NCBI GenBank assembly: GCA_963713955.1
Contig: OY970216.1
Span: forward strand, 378,252 to 442,251
Origin: an uncultured bacterium
Lineage (GTDB): Bacteria > Patescibacteriota > Minisyncoccia > UBA6257 > GWB1-50-10
Reading direction: 5' to 3'
Length of the DNA stretch: 64,000 nt
In this document: piece by piece, positions 54,262-62,161 of the stretch
Numbering within the stretch: the first letter of the stretch is position 1
Layout: each line of letters begins with the position of its first letter
The notes under the pieces: model-generated
Database searches by the model: none
Seen by the model: the letters and a program-made list of their open reading frames with translations, nothing else
What the model was told of the DNA's origin: nothing
Translations under genes and position numbers: made by a program

Positions 54262-55068
54262 ATGGATGTTTTTCGGGATTACAAATTCCAAGGTGCCAAG
54301 AGGAGTAAGAAAAGGAGAGTGAAATTTTGGATGCTGCTTTCGCTCGCCGCGTTTCTGGCGCTTCTCGTGATTTTTTTCATCAAGCTGGTTTTGGAGTGGC
54401 GGGTTTTCGACGTTTCCGGCATCAGCGTTTCTAATCCTACCTCTGTGCCCAATGCGGAGATAATAAATTCCGTGAGAAACTTGATGCTCCGGAGCAGGAC
54501 GAAAGCTCTTGTCGGCCCTCGGAACATGTTGTTTTGGGGAATAGGCGCGAAGCCATCCAGCTTGGAAGATTTACCGGCAGTCAAGAGCGTCGATATATCT
54601 TCAAATTTGATGAAGAGAACGGTTTCCATAAGCGTGGTGCCGAGAACGCCAGCGGGGGTCATCTGTGAAGCGACCAGCACCGTTTGCTTTGTTTTTGACG
54701 AGAGCGGGATCATTTTTTCTCCGTCGCCGGACGTTGAAGGGTCCTTGATCCTCAAAGTGAATGATTTTACCGGGCGATATCTCATGCCCGGCGAGAATGT
54801 TCTTTCTGATCCCGATTGGTTCCAGAATTTCATGGCGGTGGTCAATACTCTGAAAAGCAAGGGTTTTGCGATTTCGGAGATCGACTTCAACGATCTTTCC
54901 CTTCGAGAGTGGCAGGTTAGTCTGATCGACGGCCCCGTATTTTATTTCAGTTTCGGCTTCGTCCCGGATGATTTTTCTTCCATCTTGGCCAATCTTTCCA
55001 TGCGCATGGATTTCAAGAGAGCGTCGTACGTCGATTTTAGGGTGCCGGATAGAATCTACTACAAATAG
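54262..55068 (+). CDS. FtsQ/DivIB-like bitopic protein (tentative)
   Basis: Basic N-terminus, a single TM, then a POTRA-like VFDVSGISVSNPTSVPNAEIINSV. Confidence 0.35.
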   Translation: MDVFRDYKFQGAKRSKKRRVKFWMLLSLAAFLALLVIFFIKLVLEWRVFDVSGISVSNPTSVPNAEIINSVRNLMLRSRTKALVGPRNMLFWGIGAKPSSLEDLPAVKSVDISSNLMKRTVSISVVPRTPAGVICEATSTVCFVFDESGIIFSPSPDVEGSLILKVNDFTGRYLMPGENVLSDPDWFQNFMAVVNTLKSKGFAISEIDFNDLSLREWQVSLIDGPVFYFSFGFVPDDFSSILANLSMRMDFKRASYVDFRVPDRIYYK

Positions 55069-55101
55069 GGGATAGGGAATAGAATATAGTATAATAAAGA
55101 C

Positions 55102-55875
55102 ATGAAAAAAGGATTTTCTCTCATTGAGATGCTCATCTACATTGCCGTCTTTTCCATAGTCTCAGTTTTTTTGATCGCCATCCTTACCACGTTCACGAGG
55201 ATTGAGGTGAGGCAGACCGCCGTGAACGATGTGAACGGCCAGATAAGTTTTGTCTCGAATGTCGTGCAGCAGCTGGTGCAGAATTCGAGCCTGGTTAACA
55301 TGACCGATGGAGTTACAACCTCGACCTTGAATTTAAGAACGGCGTCGTCGTCGCAAGATCCGACTCTCGTTTACGCGAGCGGTACTGCTCTCTACTTAGA
55401 GCAGGGTTCGGCCGCGTCTGTGGCCCTGACCAATGCGAACGTTAACGTGACCAATTTTTCGGTGACTCCCTACGAAAATCCCGGCGGTGCGACCGTGGTC
55501 CAGATGAATTTGTCTCTAACCTACAACAACCCCAATCCGGCGAGCCAGTTTGCCCAATCGATGCAAATCGCGGTCGCGAAAACTTCCGCTGCGACGTTCG
55601 ATTCTTCTCTCTATCCAGCGAGTTCAACGAGCTTGAATTTTGGTTCGGCCGTGAATCCTTGGGGGAACGGATACTTCAGCGGGAACCTCAACGTTTCCGG
55701 CGAAGTATTCTCGGGTACCGGAGTTTCGGGAGCGACGGCCCTCAAGGCAAACGGTAACGTCGGCTTTTCGAATTCCAGCCAAGGCTTGATACTCATGGCT
55801 CCCGGCGGAACCTGCTTTTTGGTGAGTGTAAATGCCTCGGGGACGCTCTCGACCGTGACCGCCGCTTGCCCGTAG
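55102..55875 (+). CDS. type IV pilin/pseudopilin (canonical Gly at -1)
   Basis: MKKG|FSLIEMLIYIAVFSIVSVFLIAIL prepilin N-methylation motif. Confidence 0.6.
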   Translation: MKKGFSLIEMLIYIAVFSIVSVFLIAILTTFTRIEVRQTAVNDVNGQISFVSNVVQQLVQNSSLVNMTDGVTTSTLNLRTASSSQDPTLVYASGTALYLEQGSAASVALTNANVNVTNFSVTPYENPGGATVVQMNLSLTYNNPNPASQFAQSMQIAVAKTSAATFDSSLYPASSTSLNFGSAVNPWGNGYFSGNLNVSGEVFSGTGVSGATALKANGNVGFSNSSQGLILMAPGGTCFLVSVNASGTLSTVTAACP

Positions 55876-56028
55876 GGGTCTCGCCGGACACACTTGCTCA
55901 GGCAGTCTCCGGGGCGACGCCCAAGTCTTAGCCTTCGCGAGCGTATCCGGCTCGCCTTTTGGTTGCTTTGGTCGCCGTCCGCCAGCTAGTGGACTCGAAA
56001 CCATACCTGCCCTGCCTCGCCGGCAGGC

Positions 56029-56072
56029 GGGGCTCGGGGATTTTGAAACAACCTCGAACAAATTCACTCAAG
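56029..56072 (+). repeat. partial tail copy (R7) of the palindromic repeat family
   Basis: GCTCGGGGATTTTGAAACAACCTCGAACAAATTCACTCAAGGG matches the R1 tail. Confidence 0.6.
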
Positions 56073-56118
56073 GGTATTCCCATTCCCTTGCGTTGTACAT
56101 TTGATGTAGAATTTCCAT

Positions 56119-57870
56119 ATGCCTTCCGAAAAGAGGGTGTGCCAAAACTGCAAGAAAGAATTCACGGTCGAGCCGGATGATTTCGGTTTCTACGAAAAAA
56201 TGCGGGTGCCGCCACCCACTTTTTGCCCGGAGTGTCGGATGATTCGGCGCATGAGTTGGCGTAATGAGAATGCTCTTTATCGTCGCAAGTGTGATCTCTG
56301 CGAGAAAACGATCATTACGATGTATGCGCCCGAATCTCCTTTTCAAGTGTATTGCCATGAGTGTTGGACGTCTGATCGCTGGGACGGAAAGGATTACGGC
56401 GGGGAGTGTGATTGGAGCAAGCCTTTTTTCGTTCAATTTCGGAGCCTTCTCGAGAAAGTTCCGCTTGTCTTGGCTGATATCAAGGGGACGATGGTGAACA
56501 GTGAGTATGGGAACTATAACGGCAGCTGTAAGAACTGCTATATGTGCTTTTCGAGCATCTTGAGCGAAGATTCTTTATATTGCACTTCTTCCCAGGAGCT
56601 AAAACAATGTCTGGATTCTATTTATCTCCAAAACGGAGAGTTGTGCTACGAAGCGATTGACAGTGAAAAAAACTACCGGTGTTCGTTTATAGAAAAAACG
56701 AAGGAAAGCACCGACTCTTCCTTTCTTTCCGGCTGCTCGAATGTGTCGCATTGCTTCATGAGTGCTAATTTGAGGAACAAGAATTATGTGTTCAGGAACG
56801 AGCAGTTGGCTGCCGAAGAGTACGCGGCTAGAATGGATAAAATCGACTTCGGGGGTTTCATCGCCATAGAGAAACTCAAGGGAGAATTCACCGAGCTCAA
56901 GAAATCGGCGCTCTGCAAATATGCAGAGATGAAAAACTCGGTAGATGCCACGGGCAACAACATCACGAATTCGAAGCACGTTCGCTATTCTTTCACCGTT
57001 GACGAATCGGAAAACGTGAAATACAGCATAAGGGCTCTCAAGGGCTGTCGGGATGTATACGATTGCCAAGGCATCGTCTCCGGAGAACTTGCCTGTGAAG
57101 GATCGGGGTGCGGATTCTCTTCGCAGAATGCTCTTTTTTCCTTTTCCTTTGACGTATGCAAGGACATTCAGTATTGTGCTATGTGCCGTGACTGCTCGGA
57201 TTGCTTCGGATGCGTCGGCCTCAAGAACCAGAGTTATTGCATTTTCAACAGGCAATGTTCAAAAGAGGAATATCAAAAGCTGGTTCCCAAAATCATCGAC
57301 CACATGGGTGCGATGCCATACGTGGATTCGAAGGGAAGAGCGTACAAATACGGGGAGTTTTTCCCTCAGGACCTTTCCCTTTTTGCCTACAACGAGACCC
57401 TTGCTCAAGATTATTTTCCGCTGGATAAAGAAACCGCCGAGGCACGGGGGTATCGCTGGAGGGAAGAGGGGAAAAGAGAATATTCCGTTACCCTCCATCC
57501 GAAAGATATCCCCGATCGGATAAAAGACGTCGATGACTCGATACTGGGTGAAGTCATCGGCTGTGAACATGCGGATTCAAAGAACGTATGCAACGAACGA
57601 TGTTCAACGGCTTTCAAGCTCGCCCCTCAGGAACTCCAGTTCTATAGACAGTGCAATATCCCGATTCCTCATCTTTGCCCAAACTGCCGTTACGCCATCC
57701 GCCTCAAGCAAAGAAATCCGCTCAAACTTTGGCATCGCACTTGCATGTGTAACCTCAAGACCCACACCCACGGAGCAGAGAAATGTCTTAATGAATTTGA
57801 AACCAGTTACGCTCCCGACCGCCCCGAGATCGTGTATTGTGAAAATTGTTATAATAGTGAAGTAGCATGA
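56119..57870 (+). CDS. large Cys-rich protein with repeated zinc-ribbon-like modules
   Basis: 583 aa with ~45 Cys. F-Y-x5-P-x-P-x2-C-P-x-C-R-x3-R modules at the N-terminus (FGFYEKMRVPPPTFCPECRMIRR) and the C-terminus (QFYRQCNIPIPHLCPNCRYAIRL). Confidence 0.5.
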   Translation: MPSEKRVCQNCKKEFTVEPDDFGFYEKMRVPPPTFCPECRMIRRMSWRNENALYRRKCDLCEKTIITMYAPESPFQVYCHECWTSDRWDGKDYGGECDWSKPFFVQFRSLLEKVPLVLADIKGTMVNSEYGNYNGSCKNCYMCFSSILSEDSLYCTSSQELKQCLDSIYLQNGELCYEAIDSEKNYRCSFIEKTKESTDSSFLSGCSNVSHCFMSANLRNKNYVFRNEQLAAEEYAARMDKIDFGGFIAIEKLKGEFTELKKSALCKYAEMKNSVDATGNNITNSKHVRYSFTVDESENVKYSIRALKGCRDVYDCQGIVSGELACEGSGCGFSSQNALFSFSFDVCKDIQYCAMCRDCSDCFGCVGLKNQSYCIFNRQCSKEEYQKLVPKIIDHMGAMPYVDSKGRAYKYGEFFPQDLSLFAYNETLAQDYFPLDKETAEARGYRWREEGKREYSVTLHPKDIPDRIKDVDDSILGEVIGCEHADSKNVCNERCSTAFKLAPQELQFYRQCNIPIPHLCPNCRYAIRLKQRNPLKLWHRTCMCNLKTHTHGAEKCLNEFETSYAPDRPEIVYCENCYNSEVA

Positions 57871-57947
57871 CGACAGTTTTCATCCTGAGCGGAATCGAAG
57901 GACGAGCAGTGCTACAACGCCGAGGTGGCGTAAGGAATTATCTCCGA

Positions 57948-57975
57948 AAGTTCGAATTCTCTCCTGTGCACTAAA
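57948..57975 (+). repeat. degenerate copy k of conserved module
   Basis: AAAGTTCGAATTCTCTCCTGTGCACTAAA. Confidence 0.55.
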
Positions 57976-57981
57976 TGTTTT

Positions 57982-57990
57982 TGGTATAAT
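57982..57990 (+). promoter_or_regulatory. extended -10 (TGGTATAAT) after module copy k
   Basis: TGnTATAAT 10 bp before the ORF at 58001. Confidence 0.4.
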
Positions 57991-58000
57991 TAAAATACTG

Positions 58001-58204
58001 ATGATCGCATTAATAAGAAGATATAAAAAAGCGTTCATTGACGGCACCTTGATTGCTCTTCTAATACTGATTACGGTCATCTTCGGCGGGAAAAGTAAGA
58101 CAAGCGATCAACAAGCACAACTTGAGGCAGCATTGCAATCAGCTGTCTCAAGTAGCGTTGTGAATTCATCGACTGTTACTAATCAGTCATCTGCTGCCAA
58201 GTAA
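58001..58204 (+). CDS. small TM protein, hypothetical
   Basis: 67 aa with a single TM. Confidence 0.25.
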   Translation: MIALIRRYKKAFIDGTLIALLILITVIFGGKSKTSDQQAQLEAALQSAVSSSVVNSSTVTNQSSAAK

Positions 58205-58217
58205 TAACAAGCATGAA

Positions 58218-58898
58218 ATGCCAGTTGCCGAGGATCTATATAAAAAGATTAAGGGGGTAATATACGATTTGGACGGGACTATTATCTCAACTCAAAACTT
58301 GCACGAAAATGCTTGGCTTTCCACCGCTAATAAATTTGGGATAAAACTTACAAGAAGAAAGTTACTAGATCAGCGCGGTATATCCGATAAAGCCTTCGCC
58401 TCGGCTGTTTTTACAGGTGACAAAAAGAAATTGATTGACGATTTTGTGAACGCAAAAAGAGAATATGTGAGTGAGAATATAGATCAGATCAGTGTTTTCC
58501 CAGATGGGATGAAAGCGTTGGATGAATTAACCAAGAGGAACTTTAGGGTTTGGATTAGTACTTCCTCCGGAAAAAATTTTGTTAAGAAAATACTGGATAT
58601 CTTTCCGGAGTTAAAGAAATATGGAATTGTTTGGCGGGAGATGTATCTAGGAGAAAAGCCATCGCCAGAAATCTTGGACCTAACAGTCAAAAAGATGGGT
58701 TTGAAAAAAAGTGAAGTTATTTATGTAGGAGATGCTCTCAATGATTATGAAACGAGTGTTAATGGGGGTGTAAAGTTTGTATACTTCTGCCCTAAGGAAA
58801 ACAGTAAGGATTCCAGAATTCCCCAAAACATTCCAGTAATTTCTAATCACGAGGAGATTATGATATATTTGGAGGATATTAATAAAGATGGCAATTAG
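58218..58898 (+). CDS. HAD-superfamily hydrolase (beta-phosphoglucomutase/phosphatase-like)
   Basis: DLDGTIISTQ motif I and a GDALNDYE motif IV region. Confidence 0.7.
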   Translation: MPVAEDLYKKIKGVIYDLDGTIISTQNLHENAWLSTANKFGIKLTRRKLLDQRGISDKAFASAVFTGDKKKLIDDFVNAKREYVSENIDQISVFPDGMKALDELTKRNFRVWISTSSGKNFVKKILDIFPELKKYGIVWREMYLGEKPSPEILDLTVKKMGLKKSEVIYVGDALNDYETSVNGGVKFVYFCPKENSKDSRIPQNIPVISNHEEIMIYLEDINKDGN

Positions 58899-59274
58899 CG
58901 GTTGGATTTTAACATTCGGCATATCCGCATTTGGAGGATATGTTTTTCAGAACCTTTTCTCTGGAGAATATGAGGGCCATAGAGTTGAACGATCACTGCA
59001 CTTTCAGGTTCGGGGATATTATGTCCATATTCATCATTGGATCTACTCCACCTTGATAATCATAATTCTCATTTGTCTGAACGAGGTTAACCCTATTATT
59101 TTGGGCGTGCTCTCGGGTTTTATTATTCAAGGATTGACCTACCGTGATCGTTTCATAGTGGCTTATCCTAAAGATAAGTTTCACGAAATCTATGACAAGT
59201 GGAAACCGAAAGATGAACATTATAAAAAACCGTTTATTAATAAATTATTGGGGCTGAAAAGATCTGGAGCATAG
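58888..59274 (+). CDS. small membrane protein, hypothetical
   Basis: 128 aa with 3 TMs. Its stop abuts module copy h. Confidence 0.35.
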   Translation: MAISGWILTFGISAFGGYVFQNLFSGEYEGHRVERSLHFQVRGYYVHIHHWIYSTLIIIILICLNEVNPIILGVLSGFIIQGLTYRDRFIVAYPKDKFHEIYDKWKPKDEHYKKPFINKLLGLKRSGA

Positions 59275-59306
59275 AATTGTTCGAACATCGTCCACTCCTG
59301 TGCACC
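59275..59306 (+). repeat. conserved module copy h
   Basis: GAATTGTTCGAACATCGTCCACTCCTGTGCAC. Confidence 0.8.
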
Positions 59307-59327
59307 AAGACTATCTTCAGTCGGTTA

Positions 59328-59732
59328 CTATTCAGTTTTCGTCGTTTCGATATCCATGACAACATCGTGGATGCGCGTTATAGTTCCAAGAAGCTGCTCC
59401 TTAATTCCCTCCAAAGCTTTTAAAAGAGTTGCTCGTTTGTATTCGTCCTCTGTTAGACTGACTAGAATAGGATTAGGGGCACCACTGAATAGGGGACTTT
59501 CGGTCGGCTTTTTCTCCCGGCTGAATCTTTTTGCAATGGGCATGCCAGCAACCTCCTTTTCCAATTCTTCGATGATGCGGATGGCCTCATTGAGTTTAGC
59601 CCGTTCGGCCAATTCTTCAGCTCTCAATTTTGCCGCTTTGAAAACGGGGTCAGTTGGTTCCCATTGCGGCACTCCCTCTATTTTGTTCACGTTTTCAAAA
59701 CCAGGGGATTCCGGCTTTATTTTCTCGCTCAT
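59328..59732 (-). CDS. hypothetical protein
   Basis: 134 aa, charged and helical. No motif. Confidence 0.4.
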   Translation of the reverse strand: MSEKIKPESPGFENVNKIEGVPQWEPTDPVFKAAKLRAEELAERAKLNEAIRIIEELEKEVAGMPIAKRFSREKKPTESPLFSGAPNPILVSLTEDEYKRATLLKALEGIKEQLLGTITRIHDVVMDIETTKTE

Positions 59733-59766
59733 AGAAGAAACATATCACATTTTGGCATATCCGGTC

Positions 59767-59794
59767 AAAATCGTTCGAACATCGTCCACTCCTG
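59767..59794 (+). repeat. conserved module copy i (exact 28-mer)
   Basis: AAAATCGTTCGAACATCGTCCACTCCTG, followed by a GAGTATGTACTC palindrome and TATAAT at 59854-59859. Confidence 0.85.
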
Positions 59795-59866
59795 CGTACC
59801 AAGGTTGAGTATGTACTCAAGTATACCCACCTTACGAGGCGGACTTTTTACTATATAATCATACCG

Positions 59867-60601
59867 ATGGCTACTAAAGAAGTGCGAATTTTCAAAGATG
59901 CGGAGGGATTAAGCGAGTTCGCGGCGGAGATGTTTATTGAGCTATGTAACAACGCAGTTTCAGTGAAAAACCGGTTCTCGGTTGCGCTTTCAGGAGGCAC
60001 TACGCCTCGGCGACTGTATGAATTACTCTCGGGAGATAAATTCAAGGATAAAGTTGATTGGAGCAAAATCCATATTTTCTTTGGTGATGAGCGGTTTGTT
60101 CCCTCAGATGATCCACAAAGTAATTTCCGCATGACGCGAGAGACACTCCTCAGTAAAGTTCCCATTCCAATCGACAACATTCATGCAATAGCCACTGAAA
60201 GTATTAGTCCAGAGGAAGCAGCGAAGAAATATTCAACCGAAATGGAATTGTTTTTCAATAACAAGTTGCCAGTTTTTGATTTGATACTTCTTGGCGTGGG
60301 ATCGGACGGGCACGTCGCGTCGCTCTTCCCTGGGAGCACGGTGGACACCAAGGTTATAAGAAAATCCATGGCCGTCATTACCAATGCACCCAAGCCGCCT
60401 TCAACACGTTTATCTTTGACCTTAGAGGCAATCAATTCGTCTCTCAATGTGATTATGTTAGTTGCCGGGAAAGACAAAGCTGACGTCGTACGAAAAGTCA
60501 TCAATGACAAAACCCAAGAGAAGCTTGTTCTCGCAACACAAATTAAGCCTCAAAAAAGTATCACTTGGATTTTAGACAAGGCAGCAGCAGAATTTGTCTA
60601 G
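59867..60601 (+). CDS. pgl: 6-phosphogluconolactonase
   Basis: FSVALSGGTTPRRLYELL and GVGSDGHVASLFPG motifs of the Pgl/NagB family. Confidence 0.8.
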   Translation: MATKEVRIFKDAEGLSEFAAEMFIELCNNAVSVKNRFSVALSGGTTPRRLYELLSGDKFKDKVDWSKIHIFFGDERFVPSDDPQSNFRMTRETLLSKVPIPIDNIHAIATESISPEEAAKKYSTEMELFFNNKLPVFDLILLGVGSDGHVASLFPGSTVDTKVIRKSMAVITNAPKPPSTRLSLTLEAINSSLNVIMLVAGKDKADVVRKVINDKTQEKLVLATQIKPQKSITWILDKAAAEFV

Positions 60602-60635
60602 GAAAAAAGTTCGAACGTCCTCTACTCGGGTACTG
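60602..60635 (+). repeat. degenerate module copy j
   Basis: GAAAAAAGTTCGAACGTCCTCTACTC, then the GAGTATATACTCAAGTATACCCACC box shared with copy i. Confidence 0.55.
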
Positions 60636-60655
60636 TTTGAGTATATACTCAAGTA

Positions 60656-60681
60656 TACCCACCAAGGAGGTGGGTGTTTTT
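60656..60681 (+). terminator. rho-independent terminator-like hairpin
   Basis: CCCACC-aagga-GGTGGG followed by TGTTTTTG. Confidence 0.5.
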
Positions 60682-60768
60682 GTTAGGTAGAATGGGCTAA
60701 ACGGATTTTTGACTGAAAATCGTGGAGGGTTTAATATCTCTCTAGGATTATTTTCAACCAATTTATAG

Positions 60769-61038
60769 GTGAATGTCATGGCTGATCATTCTGATTATCT
60801 AATGAGAGAGGATTACTGCCGCCATATTTGTCACAAACCAGGACGTCGTTTCGTGTTCCATCTGATGCCATGTTGCAAAAAATGTGAACATTGCGGCCGT
60901 CAAATCAAAAAAGAAAGACACTCTGACCATGAGGAGAGGTGCAGAGACAGAAGAGTAAGGGTGGTGAAACTTGAAGGACAACTTCTCTACAAAGCGGATT
61001 ATTCGGATGTCTACTTTGGCCTGACCCCCATATATTAG
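60769..61038 (+). CDS. small Cys/His-rich protein; 3' end runs into IS3 copy 3 (possibly truncated)
   Basis: 89 aa with CRHICH...CCKKCEHCG. The last ~7 codons lie inside the IS left end. Confidence 0.3.
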   Translation: MNVMADHSDYLMREDYCRHICHKPGRRFVFHLMPCCKKCEHCGRQIKKERHSDHEERCRDRRVRVVKLEGQLLYKADYSDVYFGLTPIY

Positions 61039-61071
61039 ACACAAAGGTCGAAGTCAATATACCCTTGTGTC

Positions 61072-61329
61072 ATGAAGAAAACATATCGCACCGCTCCCGA
61101 GGTGAAGGAGCAGATATTGAAGAGAATCAAGGAGGAAGGGATCCCGGTCGTCCAGGCCGCCAAGGAACACGGTCTGAATCCCGCCACCATATACAACTGG
61201 CTGGGAAGGGGCGTGAAAGGCACCCCCACGATCGGTGAACTCGTCCGCCTCAAGCGCCAGAACGAAGAGCTCCTCGCCCTCGTGGGCGAGCTCACCCTGG
61301 CCTCCTCACGCACTCAAAAAAAGCGTTGA
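61072..61329 (+). CDS. IS3 transposase OrfA
   Basis: Identical to the 30970-31227 product. Confidence 0.8.
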   Translation: MKKTYRTAPEVKEQILKRIKEEGIPVVQAAKEHGLNPATIYNWLGRGVKGTPTIGELVRLKRQNEELLALVGELTLASSRTQKKR

Positions 61330-62135
61330 TCAAAAAGCAGAAGAAGACGAAGTGGGAACTTGCCCGTGAACTCGGCCTCTCCCGCGCCTCCCTCTACTAT
61401 GTCTCGAAACAATCGCCCAAGGATTGGTCGCTCAAGGAAAGGATCATATCAGTCTTGAGAGACCATCCTTCATACGGCTTCAGAAGAGTGGCTTTGGAGC
61501 TCAAGATCAACAAAAAAAGAGCCCAACGGGTGATGAGGCTCTTCGGGATGAAGGCATATCGGAGAAGGGGCAGAAGGCCAAGGAAAACGGGCTTCTCGAG
61601 TATCCTGTATCCCAATCTCCTTCAGAAGAACTTCCCCAAAGGATTGAACGATATCTGGGTGGCGGACTTCACGTACATCCCGTACCAAGGGAAGTTCCTG
61701 TATCTCGCCACCGTGATGGATTTGTTTGCGAGGGAGATCGTGGGCTGGGCCGTGATGAATACCCACTCGGTGCCTCTGGTCCTCCAGGCACTCTTCTCCG
61801 CGGCGGAACATCATCCGAGACCCAACATCTTCCACTCGGACAACGGAAGGGAGTATGGCTCAAGGATCTTCACCGGAGCTCTTTTGAACCTCGGCGTCAG
61901 GATATCGAGATCGAGGAAGTCATCGCCATGGGAGAACGGCTACCAGGAGTCCTTCTACTCCCAGTTCAAGGTGGATCTGGGCGATCCGGAGAGGTTCAAA
62001 TCGCTGGGAGAGCTGGTCTACGAGATCCATCGCCTGGTCTGGGACTACAACCACCGGAGAATCCACTCCGCCCTCAGGATGCCGCCTGCACTGTTCTCGA
62101 ATCGCTACCAGAAACTTGTCGAAAAAGTGTCTTAA
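61326..62135 (+). CDS. IS3 transposase OrfB (-1 frame)
   Basis: Identical to the 31224-32033 product. Confidence 0.8.
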   Translation: MIKKQKKTKWELARELGLSRASLYYVSKQSPKDWSLKERIISVLRDHPSYGFRRVALELKINKKRAQRVMRLFGMKAYRRRGRRPRKTGFSSILYPNLLQKNFPKGLNDIWVADFTYIPYQGKFLYLATVMDLFAREIVGWAVMNTHSVPLVLQALFSAAEHHPRPNIFHSDNGREYGSRIFTGALLNLGVRISRSRKSSPWENGYQESFYSQFKVDLGDPERFKSLGELVYEIHRLVWDYNHRRIHSALRMPPALFSNRYQKLVEKVS

Positions 62136-62161
62136 CTTTGGGGGTCTTTACACAGAAAAAT

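Larger units (their letters stand above)
61017..62152 (+). mobile_element. IS3-family insertion sequence, copy 3 (identical to copy 2)
   Basis: 1136 bp identical to 30915-32050, including the IRs and the A7G slippery site. Confidence 0.8.
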
